18,404 bases of DNA. Source: Candidatus Thorarchaeota archaeon (lineage in GTDB: Archaea > Asgardarchaeota > Thorarchaeia > Thorarchaeales > Thorarchaeaceae). A model generated the notes under the pieces. It was given only the letters and a program-made list of their open reading frames with translations, made no database searches and was not told the origin of the DNA. The stretch covers positions 1-18,404 of the forward strand of contig JBHLRS010000053.1 of assembly GCA_048882325.1 (NCBI GenBank). Direction: 5' to 3'. Of this stretch, positions 8,996-17,159 are shown piece after piece (the first letter of the stretch is position 1; every line of letters starts with the position of its first letter). The position numbers and the translations under genes were made by a program.

Positions 8996-9067
8996 GGCTC
9001 CGATGATGCAATTGGCTATCCGAGGGCAGAAATGCCCAGCGACGAGTCATAGTTAGACTGAGGAGCC
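8996..9067 (+). ncRNA. Box C/D 2'-O-methylation guide sRNA (double guide, LSU rRNA H69-H71)
   Basis: Terminal stem GGCTCC(8996-9001)/GGAGCC(9062-9067); box C ATGATGC 9003-9009; D' guide AATTGGCTAT; D' CCGA 9020-9023; GGGCA-GAAA-TGCCC hairpin; C' GCGACGA 9039-9045; D guide GTCATAGTTAGA; D CTGA 9058-9061. The guides are complementary to the conserved LSU sequences UAACUAUGAC and GUAGCCAA. Confidence 0.9.
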
Positions 9068-9090
9068 ACTATGTCTGGTGGAGAGGCAAG

Positions 9091-9645
9091 ATGCTTCAGT
9101 GGGTGGTGTATTTCTCAGCATACTTTCTTGCTGGACTCACACTTAAGCTGGGAGACGACCTTCTGGATGAACTCAACAGACCTCAGGCAGCCTGGTTGCC
9201 GTTGACGATTGCGGGAATTCTCTTTGGTCTACTCATGACCGTTTCAGAGTGGGACTTGGTCTTATTGACCAGTATCGTCATTGGGGTTCTGGTTTCAGGG
9301 AAAGTAGACAAAGCTCAGTTCATAGTGGGTTTTACGCTCATAATCACCACACTACTAGTCTTGGGAATTCCAACCATTACAAGTTGGTTGGACTGGTGCA
9401 CTGTGCTCATCATTTTGTTCTTGGCTGCTGTTCTTGATGAGAAGGGGAATGATTGGGCAGATAGGGAAAGGTCTCCAGTAGCATACAGATTGTTCGAGTA
9501 TAGATTTGTGCTGAAGATATCTGCACTTGGCCTAGTGATTCCTTGGCCAATGTTTCTCTCAGCAGCAATAGGACTTTGGATTTTTGATTTGGGATATGAG
9601 TCAGCTGGTTGGATAGTCAAACAATATCAGGCAAGTGTCTTGTAA
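9091..9645 (+). CDS. Hypothetical integral membrane protein with Asp-rich motifs
   Basis: 184 aa, about 6 TM segments, KLGDDLLDE and VLDEKGND motifs at helix ends, GGAGAGG RBS. Confidence 0.8.
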   Translation: MLQWVVYFSAYFLAGLTLKLGDDLLDELNRPQAAWLPLTIAGILFGLLMTVSEWDLVLLTSIVIGVLVSGKVDKAQFIVGFTLIITTLLVLGIPTITSWLDWCTVLIILFLAAVLDEKGNDWADRERSPVAYRLFEYRFVLKISALGLVIPWPMFLSAAIGLWIFDLGYESAGWIVKQYQASVL

Positions 9646-10634
9646 GCAAGACTGCAACACACATCCAGAAACTCAGGTTCTAATCCTTCCTCCTTTGCAA
9701 GATCTACACCCTCTTGGCTGATTAAAGCTATTCCGTTTACACCACTGAGAATAGCGTATTTGTCGGTCTCTATCTTGTGTTCACCCATTGGTCGAGCGCA
9801 TCCCAGAAGAAGTGGGACCTCTTTCATTCCTAGTCTTGCAACAGTCATGACTCGGCCAATGTCCTCAGGACTGGGAGGATTCACACCGCCCATAGCTGTC
9901 TTTCTTATGGGACTTAGAGCAATGATCACAACTGCCGCAGGATTGCCTTGGGCAATCAGGTCTAGTGCTTCAACCTCTCCTGTGAGTTTGCCATAGTCAA
10001 GTCCCACAAGGACATGGGGGACAGTTGGTACACCAAGCTCTTCAAGAATGTCAAGTGACCGACGCATCTTTCTTGGCCCATCCTCAATGTGATATATCTC
10101 CTTGGAAACACGGTTGTCACCGATGATATCAAGCATGGCCGCGTCAATCTGTGCTTCAGCAAGTCCCCGTGCTGTCTTCGCACTGACCAAACCAGTGTGA
10201 ACAACCACCTCAAGTCCAAGTTCAGATTTCACTCTTTGAATCGAGTCAGTGAATCTCTCCAAGGGAACATACCCTCTTGAGTCAGACCCGCCACTGATGA
10301 GCACACCCTCTCCACCCATTGATTTGATCTCGCTGCATCTGTCAAAGAGGCTTTCTGGTGTTATTGTGGACTCCATACCCTTCAGAAGGCGACCTTCGCA
10401 GTGTTCACACATGAGTGAACACGAAGTGCCTGTTACGCTAAGTGAAACAAAGTTATGAGGACCTACTTGTGTGTGATCTTTGATGTCATAGGGGTATGCA
10501 GTTGGACTATAGCACAACAAAGTCGTACCATAAATTGTCAGTCGCTGGTCCAGTCCTTCTCTCATCATCACTTGAAGGTCTTCAGATGGTGCTTGTAGGA
10601 TGGCTGTGCCTTCGCTGAGAATGTCAAAGCTCAC
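9627..10634 (-). CDS. lipS1: Radical SAM protein, biotin-synthase-related; LipS1-type archaeal lipoyl synthase subunit
   Basis: SVTGTSCSLMCEHC (CxxxCxxC), GVLISGG, VHTG, LGCARP (the GC(M/A)R motif) and C-terminal VCCS (the CC motif), as described for Thermococcus LipS1. Confidence 0.8.
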   Translation of the reverse strand: MSFDILSEGTAILQAPSEDLQVMMREGLDQRLTIYGTTLLCYSPTAYPYDIKDHTQVGPHNFVSLSVTGTSCSLMCEHCEGRLLKGMESTITPESLFDRCSEIKSMGGEGVLISGGSDSRGYVPLERFTDSIQRVKSELGLEVVVHTGLVSAKTARGLAEAQIDAAMLDIIGDNRVSKEIYHIEDGPRKMRRSLDILEELGVPTVPHVLVGLDYGKLTGEVEALDLIAQGNPAAVVIIALSPIRKTAMGGVNPPSPEDIGRVMTVARLGMKEVPLLLGCARPMGEHKIETDKYAILSGVNGIALISQEGVDLAKEEGLEPEFLDVCCSLAYKTLA

Positions 10635-10861
10635 GGGAGTGCCTCCTGTCTTCTCTGGAAATTTCTGCTTTTAGGATTGTCATGTAGGCTAGACGACAAC
10701 AAACAAGTACATCTGCGATAGGAAAGGGAGTAATATTGGCTGCAAAGGCTCTATCTCAATATGGTAAGGTAGAGTATGGTGTCAAGTTCAACAGAACTGT
10801 GGTGCCTGACAAATGATAAAAAGGATGTAAATCAGCAAAAAGAAAGAGGTCGGATTCATCG

Positions 10862-11602
10862 ATGAAAGAAGCCCAAAAAATCTTCAGGACTGCCCGGGAC
10901 GAGGGGAGAACCTTTGTTCTTGAGCATGAAGCAAAGGACATTATGAAGACATACGGAATCCCTATACCAGCGTATGAGACCGCCAGTACACCAGATGAGG
11001 CAGTTGAGAAGTCAAAGAGTATTGGTTTCCCTGTGGTGTTGAAGATATTATCCAAGGATATTCTGCACAAGTCAGATGCAGGAGGTGTCAAGCTCAACCT
11101 CAAAAATGAGGATGAAGTCCGTAGAGCGTTCGATGATATTATGGAGAATGCAAAGAAGTATGGACAGGAGAAGGGAATCGATGTAGACCTGAGCCGAGGC
11201 GTATTCATATCCGACTTTGCTGACATGGGAACGGAAATCATCGTGGGAGTTACAAAAGACCCACAATTTGGTCATGCGTTGATGGCTGGTCTAGGTGGTA
11301 TCTTTGTTGAAGTCCTCAGAGATGTGTCTTTCAGACTGATTCCATTCTCTGAGGTTGATGCGAGAGAGATGCTCACCGAGCTCAAGGCTTACAAGATTCT
11401 TGAAGGTGTTAGAGGAGAGGGCCCCCGAGACATTGATGCATTAGTCAAGGTCATGCTGGCTGTTTCAAAAATGATCGAAGAAAATCCAGAGATAATAGAA
11501 CTTGACTGTAATCCCACATTTGTTTATGAAAAAGGGAAAGGGGCTATTGTAGTAGATGCAAGAATTCTGATTGAAGGATCGGAAGAAGAGTCTAGTCATT
11601 GA
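10862..11602 (+). CDS. acdB: Acetate/acyl-CoA ligase (ADP-forming) beta subunit, ATP-grasp
   Basis: LEHEAKDIMKTYGIP, GFPVVLKILS.DI.HKSDAGGV (phospho-His), DPQFG, GLGGIFVEVLRDVSFR and ELDCNP...VDARI. Confidence 0.93.
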   Translation: MKEAQKIFRTARDEGRTFVLEHEAKDIMKTYGIPIPAYETASTPDEAVEKSKSIGFPVVLKILSKDILHKSDAGGVKLNLKNEDEVRRAFDDIMENAKKYGQEKGIDVDLSRGVFISDFADMGTEIIVGVTKDPQFGHALMAGLGGIFVEVLRDVSFRLIPFSEVDAREMLTELKAYKILEGVRGEGPRDIDALVKVMLAVSKMIEENPEIIELDCNPTFVYEKGKGAIVVDARILIEGSEEESSH

Positions 11603-12788
11603 TTAGGTCATGAAGAAGAATCAGACCCCTCTTGAGATCAATGTCCTCTAGTGGAGTTTTTGAAGAACTCTTTGTGGCTGTAGCCAGAAGTAGCAACAAC
11701 GCAATCAGACGAGGAACGAGACGGGCATACTGAAGTAGAAAATCTTTGTTTCCCGTCGAATCTACAACAAGACCTTCGAGACGTCTTGTTAGGAGCTGAA
11801 TCCTCTCTTCAGCATCTGTACCAAGTCTGAAACCTTGAAACACTTCCACCGCTGCTGTTTCTTCCTGGAGGAAACTGGATGATACACCAATCTGTTCAAA
11901 CATTTGGAGAGAAGAAACAATTGTCTGATCATAATGGTCTTCCTCAAGTCGCTCTATATTGTGTTTCACAGCCTGTAATTGACCAAGAAATCGTAGGGCG
12001 TTTGTCAGGATAGTCCGCGAGGCGCCAGAAGTTGCTGAAGCCATACCAGCGAGTAGTTCTCCATGAACTTTTTCAAGACTTGCTGCAACTGATGCATTTA
12101 GTCTTCTTTCAAAACCAGGGGAGAATCCGACACTCGCTGCTTTGGGCAGAACCGAGTGCGATCCTAGACTTCTAATCACCGTAAGAGCCCTGAAGTCCTC
12201 GCGGGGCACATGAAAAAAGAGAATTCGGATTATATCATAAGCGGTCTCAAAGTCAGTTTCCATTATGACGTTGCGACCTTGTCCTTTGCAGGCGAACGCA
12301 CTGAGAATGGTCCATGATGAAACAAAGGAGTCGTGAATGTCTTCTCTCTGAGGGGTATCTGCAATCCCGTGTTCTTCCAAAAACCGAATGAGTTTCTCTC
12401 CAGCGCCTGACACTCTCTGCAGTGTGTTGGCTCCAAATTGAAGGTCTGCGATTGACTTGATGAAGGTTCGAGGTTCTCGTGACGGTGGTCTCAGTACAAG
12501 GCCTGGTTCTTTTCGCGTCATTGACCACCATTTTGAAGTTGAAGTGAAATAGTCAAGAACGTCTATTGCTTCAGTGACATCGGAAAGAGTGGCCAAATCT
12601 CTGGAGTCGAGATATGCTACAAGCTTTGTGATAAGGGTCAGGAATCGTGTCAGATGGGTTGAGGTCTTAGATCCCAAGAACTGAACATCAGTGAACCTTA
12701 CTGCCACTGTATCAATCTGGGCGGGTATATTCCCCTCGAGGTTTGTTTTTAGCAAACCCCTATAGACATCAACTGGAATCCTCGCCAA
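11592..12788 (-). CDS. Hypothetical all-helical protein with four tandem AAA+-lid/histone-fold-like repeats
   Basis: 398 aa ORF with a TTG start and its own TATA box (CTTTTATATT, about 12831-12840). The CDS itself is well supported; the repeat call comes from a recurring A..x.R..h...D...A pattern about every 100-110 aa. Confidence 0.75.
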   Translation of the reverse strand: MARIPVDVYRGLLKTNLEGNIPAQIDTVAVRFTDVQFLGSKTSTHLTRFLTLITKLVAYLDSRDLATLSDVTEAIDVLDYFTSTSKWWSMTRKEPGLVLRPPSREPRTFIKSIADLQFGANTLQRVSGAGEKLIRFLEEHGIADTPQREDIHDSFVSSWTILSAFACKGQGRNVIMETDFETAYDIIRILFFHVPREDFRALTVIRSLGSHSVLPKAASVGFSPGFERRLNASVAASLEKVHGELLAGMASATSGASRTILTNALRFLGQLQAVKHNIERLEEDHYDQTIVSSLQMFEQIGVSSSFLQEETAAVEVFQGFRLGTDAEERIQLLTRRLEGLVVDSTGNKDFLLQYARLVPRLIALLLLLATATKSSSKTPLEDIDLKRGLILLHDLIND

Positions 12789-12850
12789 AGCCCTTTGGTC
12801 TCCTGTTGTGTCAAATCAATAGAAGATGTAATATAAAAGCTGACAAGACG

Positions 12851-13627
12851 CTATGAACCATATCGTCTAGACCGGTCTCCATAGGATCGCAAAGCGCGCC
12901 ATATGTCAATCCGGCGAACCGCAGGCCAGTATATCTGTGCAAAGTAGAGCTCCGAGTATGCTGACTGCCACAAGAGAAAACCAGAGAGCCGTTCTTCACC
13001 AGAGGTTCGGATAATCAGGTCAGGATCAGGTATTCCGTTTGTGTACAAGTGACCCTCTATGATGTCCTCATCAATCTGAGTGGGTTCTAATTCGCCGGAC
13101 TCTATCTTCTCCCCAATAGCTTTCACAGCATCGACTAGTTCAGCCCGACCAGAGTAACCGATGGCAACATTGAGGATGTGATCATTGTAGTCTTTTGTCT
13201 CTTCTTCAGCCTCATGAATGGCTTTCTGAACTTTGTCGGGTAGTAGGTCCACCCTTCCAATAGCTTGGATACGCACACGATGACGATGAACATCCGGGTT
13301 TCCAACCACCTCACCAAACTTCTCTTCAGCGAGGGCCATAATCTCCTTGACTTCTTTCTTACTTCTCTGGAAGTTCTCAATCGAAAATGCATACAGAGTG
13401 CAGACTTTCACATTGGCCTCCCACAGAATCTTGAGGACCTCCATGACTTTGGCAGCCCCTCTATGGTGTCCGAACCAGGGAACCTCAAGGCCGTGTTTTC
13501 GAGCGTATCTACGGTTTCCATCAAGAATGATACCTACATGTCTTGGAGCCCTATCCTTGTCTAGTTGTCTATAGAGAAAGTATTCGTACAGCCTATACAT
13601 AGGACCGGATAGGTTCAATTCCAACAC
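12851..13627 (-). CDS. uppS: cis-prenyltransferase (undecaprenyl/dolichol-type polyprenyl diphosphate synthase)
   Basis: PRHVGIILDGNRRYA, GHHRG, TLYAFSIENFQRS, NVAIGYSGRAE and DPDLIIRTSGEERLSGFLLWQSAYSELYF. Confidence 0.97.
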   Translation of the reverse strand: MLELNLSGPMYRLYEYFLYRQLDKDRAPRHVGIILDGNRRYARKHGLEVPWFGHHRGAAKVMEVLKILWEANVKVCTLYAFSIENFQRSKKEVKEIMALAEEKFGEVVGNPDVHRHRVRIQAIGRVDLLPDKVQKAIHEAEEETKDYNDHILNVAIGYSGRAELVDAVKAIGEKIESGELEPTQIDEDIIEGHLYTNGIPDPDLIIRTSGEERLSGFLLWQSAYSELYFAQIYWPAVRRIDIWRALRSYGDRSRRYGS

Positions 13628-13692
13628 ACTCTGATTTAGCTACGAATGGAAAAACTGAGCTTAATAGAGTTGATGTTATGCTTCTAATTGTA

Positions 13693-14064
13693 CTATATCA
13701 TTCCTGCCACTTTTTCAGCCGCACGTTTCATGTCCAGGAAAATAAGACCAAGCTTGGCATTTGCTGTGGTGGATACTGTAAGACAGGCATTCATCCCAGC
13801 TTGTACAACTAATAGCCAACCATCGACACCCTTGATGTTGACCTGTTCAAGATTCCCTTTGCCTAGTTCAATAGCCGCCTTCTCACCAAGTGTTAACATA
13901 GCAGCAGTCATAGCTGCAACCTTTGCCTCATCAACGTCTGTAGGGAGGGCTGATACTATTGGCAACCCTTCAACACTAACAATGGCACAAGCCTCAATCT
14001 CAGGAATACTACCCTGCAGTTCGTTCAGAACGCCTTCGAGTGTATTTTCGCGGGATTCTCCCAT
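13693..14064 (-). CDS. Roadblock/LC7 (MglB/LAMTOR2-like) domain protein
   Basis: IEACAIVSVEGLPIVS, VAAMTAAML.LGEK...ELGKG.LEQV.IKG..G and AKLGLIFLDMKR; 13 nt downstream of the GTPase, with a GGTGA RBS overlapping the GTPase stop. Confidence 0.95.
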   Translation of the reverse strand: MGESRENTLEGVLNELQGSIPEIEACAIVSVEGLPIVSALPTDVDEAKVAAMTAAMLTLGEKAAIELGKGNLEQVNIKGVDGWLLVVQAGMNACLTVSTTANAKLGLIFLDMKRAAEKVAGMI

Positions 14065-14077
14065 ATGGTCTCACCTG

Positions 14078-14650
14078 TCATTTGTACATTCTTTTCAGGA
14101 TTACTTCTCTTGCTATTGCTTGAAATGCCCTCTTAACTCCTACGCCCTGCACAGCAATGGTTTCATAAATGGGTACATTTCCACCAAGGCCAAGGAGATC
14201 GAGCATCTCGTCTCGTGACATCCTGTTTGGTAGGTCTCGCTTGTTTAGCATGACCACAATTGGAACTTCGCGTCCCAATGAATCACCAAGGAACAACTTC
14301 AGTTCCTCAAAGCTCTCCGTATTCTCATCACGTTGATCTGGTGATGAGTCTGCAACAAAGAGTATTCCATCGGTACCCTGTAGGACTACTTTCCTCTGAT
14401 GTCGATGTCGCTTCTGTCCAGCCACTGTGAATACGTCGAACAGAACACGTCCTCCCGCGGACATTGGAACATAGTCAAAGAATAGGGTTCGATTGGTTTC
14501 ATCCTCAATAGCAGTGAACTCTCCTTTCTGTAGCCCTTCTACTTTTCCGTAGAGCCAACGGAGTGCGGTTGTCTTACCGCCCAGGGACGGGCCATAGAAT
14601 ACCAATTTGAGATGAATTCGTCCCTTGTCGTCTTTTCGAATTGTAAACAC
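14078..14650 (-). CDS. mglA: MglA-family small GTPase
   Basis: KLVFYGPSLGGKTT (G1), RTLFFDY (G2 with the intrinsic Arg finger), TVAGQ (MglA-type G3, TVPGQ), DGILFVADS, NKRDLP (G4) and TIAVQGVGV (G5). Confidence 0.93.
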   Translation of the reverse strand: MFTIRKDDKGRIHLKLVFYGPSLGGKTTALRWLYGKVEGLQKGEFTAIEDETNRTLFFDYVPMSAGGRVLFDVFTVAGQKRHRHQRKVVLQGTDGILFVADSSPDQRDENTESFEELKLFLGDSLGREVPIVVMLNKRDLPNRMSRDEMLDLLGLGGNVPIYETIAVQGVGVKRAFQAIAREVILKRMYK

Positions 14651-14828
14651 CTCATCGTGTCACTGCAGAGGTCCCGTTCATGGGATGTTGGTTGAAAATG
14701 AAGTCAAGTCTAATAAAAGCCTTTGTGGCATAATACGGGCTCCAAGAAGGCATTTGTGTTAGATGAACTCATTCACACCAGTACTCATTGAGTGATAAAA
14801 ATACCAGATGTAGATACAATTGTGTGTG

Positions 14829-16013
14829 TTATGCTTGGGTCCCCTTATTGAACTCCCTTATTGTTTCATTCATCCTCTCTAGGGTAGCTATTGCCATACT
14901 CCTCCCATTGTCCCAGTCCCATGGGCCAAGTCCACACTCAGGTCCAGCGAACGGAATACGCTCTGCACCATATAGGTCGATGTTAGCGTGGAGGTACTTC
15001 CTCATTTCTTTAGCTGGTTGCAAGTATTTCATATGATTCCCTGAGAAGATTTCCTGCCAGGCAGCTTTGATATCAGCATCCTGTGTTATAGTGGGTCCAT
15101 CCGTTCTGACAATTGCTGCTCTGACGAATTTGTCGTAATCCTCTAACCATTTACGATTAACAAACACACCAACATGCGCCTCTAGAAGATTCCAATCTGA
15201 CTCAAAGATTCGCTCAAACGGCGATGCGTGCAAATGAATACCTCGATAGACATTGGCTGGAAAGGTGTTGTAAATCTTGTTCCAGCATGTGATCAGATGG
15301 GATAGTTTTGTGTCTGATGATGTGTCTGTGAAAAAGTCACCAAATCCCTCAAGACCAAAGGCGGGCTCGTCAAGCGTTATTGTTTCTAGAAAGAGCTTGT
15401 CAGATTGAACAACTGAGTTAGTCACAAAAGCCCTCACGACTTCAGTGAAATACTCAACGAGTCGTTCATCATATCCTCTGGGAAATCCTGCCAGTCTCTG
15501 CAGATTCAAGGACAACTCCAGGGGTCCCGTGATACACGACTTGTAAGAAATCCTGTCAACTCCAAGGTCTTCACAGAGCCTTTCAGCGCCATTTTGTAGG
15601 GCGCTAATCTCAGCCACGTCAACATCTGCACTTGATGGAGGTCTACTCCCAACAGCAATTGCTGCAGCCACTGTCTGTGCCTCCACACTAGTTATCCCAC
15701 CAAAACTTGCACTGGTTTCTGTCTGCGGACCTTCAGATTGCACCACGTGATGGAAAACTGGTAGGAGGAACTGATCTATCATTCCTCTGCACTGTGCGTA
15801 GGATGTTACTGCGCTCTCAGGACCCATTGCTTTCGCCTTAAGTCTGAATGTTGAGTTATGATGAGTGACGAAATACTCAGCTTCTTCTGTCATCACTCTT
15901 CCAGAGTCGCGTTCGACATGATTCGCTCCGGTCAGATAACGTTCTAAATCTGCATGTAGTGGAAAGCTACCGACATCTATTGGTCTGATTGATTGTTGTG
16001 AATCCATGGTCAC
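14829..16013 (-). CDS. Single-barrel (core) methionine synthase MetE/UROD-like superfamily protein, divergent
   Basis: N-terminal DVGSFP, then ITGPLEL, LDEPAFG, IHLHA, LLEAH and GPECGL match the MetE C-terminal TIM barrel. Function is not certain. Confidence 0.8.
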   Translation of the reverse strand: MTMDSQQSIRPIDVGSFPLHADLERYLTGANHVERDSGRVMTEEAEYFVTHHNSTFRLKAKAMGPESAVTSYAQCRGMIDQFLLPVFHHVVQSEGPQTETSASFGGITSVEAQTVAAAIAVGSRPPSSADVDVAEISALQNGAERLCEDLGVDRISYKSCITGPLELSLNLQRLAGFPRGYDERLVEYFTEVVRAFVTNSVVQSDKLFLETITLDEPAFGLEGFGDFFTDTSSDTKLSHLITCWNKIYNTFPANVYRGIHLHASPFERIFESDWNLLEAHVGVFVNRKWLEDYDKFVRAAIVRTDGPTITQDADIKAAWQEIFSGNHMKYLQPAKEMRKYLHANIDLYGAERIPFAGPECGLGPWDWDNGRSMAIATLERMNETIREFNKGTQA

Positions 16014-16273
16014 AGCTATCTCCTAGTATCTATCGTGTGCTACAACTTGTTATATGGACATCCCTATCCGGGCAGATAATTCAGTGAAGAGTGATTACAC
16101 TATATTTTGAACTAATTCCGCCCAATACTCAACAGCTATGAGATTGTCGTAAATGGATACAACTGTGTGGGATACATCTAATCTCACGCAAGTTTGAGTT
16201 CCACCATGAAATCGCGATATATTTCTGTATACCGGATAGCAATCGAACAACTCATAATGTTGAGAGGTTTACG

Positions 16274-17089
16274 CTACTGGTTCAATGCGCTCATTATTAA
16301 CCAATATCGTTTTGCGTGGTGGCACTTGACATCAACAAATCCAGCTTGCTCAAGGTAAGCAGTAAGTGAGTCCACAGTAAAGTACTCAAGCCCGCCTGTT
16401 CTGGTTTCTCTAGCGGCTAACTTTTTGCCAATCCTTCCTGTAGGTGCAAGTGCCGCAGCAACTGTGAAACGTCCATTAGTCTTGAGCATTCGACGAATAT
16501 TATTGAGAAGGTCTGGCAGAAAATCCCTGAAGAGGTGAAGTGCTCCGCAACAATTTATGTTGTTGAACTCATCATCCAGAAAAGGGATGTTGTCAACATT
16601 AGCATGAATGAATTGGACATTCTTCTGCCCTTTTCTCCTTGCTTGTTTGCTTGCACTCTTCAACATAGGCAGAGAAAGATCAACTCCAATAACGAATCCA
16701 TAATCCAGCTTCTCCGCAAGTGGAATTGAGTAAGTACCAGGACCGCAAGCTAAATCCAGAATCATTTCATCCCCACTTAGGTCCATTGCATCTGTGATTA
16801 TCTTGAATTCCTCGCCAAAAGTAATACCGAACATTGTGCCTAGCAGACGACCCTTCCGCCAGAGTCTGCTGTTATAGATTCTCGCGACCCAACCCCATTT
16901 CATTGGATTTGAACCAGAGATCATCCCTGGAGACTCTTCTCCAGGCATAAGATCAAGAAATCCTTGATTTACGGGAAAAACCGAACCACAATTACTACAC
17001 TGAACATCCTCATCAAAGGTGCCCAGCGTTATAATATTCGACTTGCATGTAGGGCAAGTCATTTTCATGTCATATAAGACAGTAGTCAT
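16274..17089 (-). CDS. Class I SAM-dependent methyltransferase with an N-terminal Zn ribbon (UbiE/Methyltransf_11-like)
   Basis: Start reassigned to ATG 17089 (GGTGA RBS). CPTC...CSNC..FPV..GFLDL, ILDLACGPG, GVDLSLPML, IPFLDDEF and CCGALHLF. Confidence 0.9.
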   Translation of the reverse strand: MTTVLYDMKMTCPTCKSNIITLGTFDEDVQCSNCGSVFPVNQGFLDLMPGEESPGMISGSNPMKWGWVARIYNSRLWRKGRLLGTMFGITFGEEFKIITDAMDLSGDEMILDLACGPGTYSIPLAEKLDYGFVIGVDLSLPMLKSASKQARRKGQKNVQFIHANVDNIPFLDDEFNNINCCGALHLFRDFLPDLLNNIRRMLKTNGRFTVAAALAPTGRIGKKLAARETRTGGLEYFTVDSLTAYLEQAGFVDVKCHHAKRYWLIMSALNQ

Positions 17090-17110
17090 CTTGTTCACCG
17101 CTTGTATAAC

Positions 17111-17159
17111 TAAAAGTGAGTCATGCTCACTTTTAAATATTGAGTTCGGCTCACTTTTT
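17111..17159. promoter_or_regulatory. Tandem palindromic operator (probably bound by the TetR) flanking a TTTTAAAT TATA box
   Basis: TAAAAGTGAG-N5-CTCACTTTTA (17111-17135, perfect) and AAATATTGAG-N5-CTCACTTTTT (17135-17159, 8/10 arm match), between the divergent genes. Confidence 0.85.

Noticed and set aside
10748-10775. Hairpin GCTCTATCT/AGGTAGAGT in the lipS1-acdB gap
   Set aside because: A single stem with GU pairs and no supporting motif; compatible with chance.
10862-11602. acdB without an adjacent alpha subunit
   Set aside because: Unlinked, shared beta subunits are well known in archaea such as Thermococcales.
13688-14218. 176 aa plus-strand ORF and other antisense ORFs (e.g. 10756-11241, 17929-18285, 6030-6380)
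   Set aside because: They lie opposite well-supported genes and have no motifs of their own.
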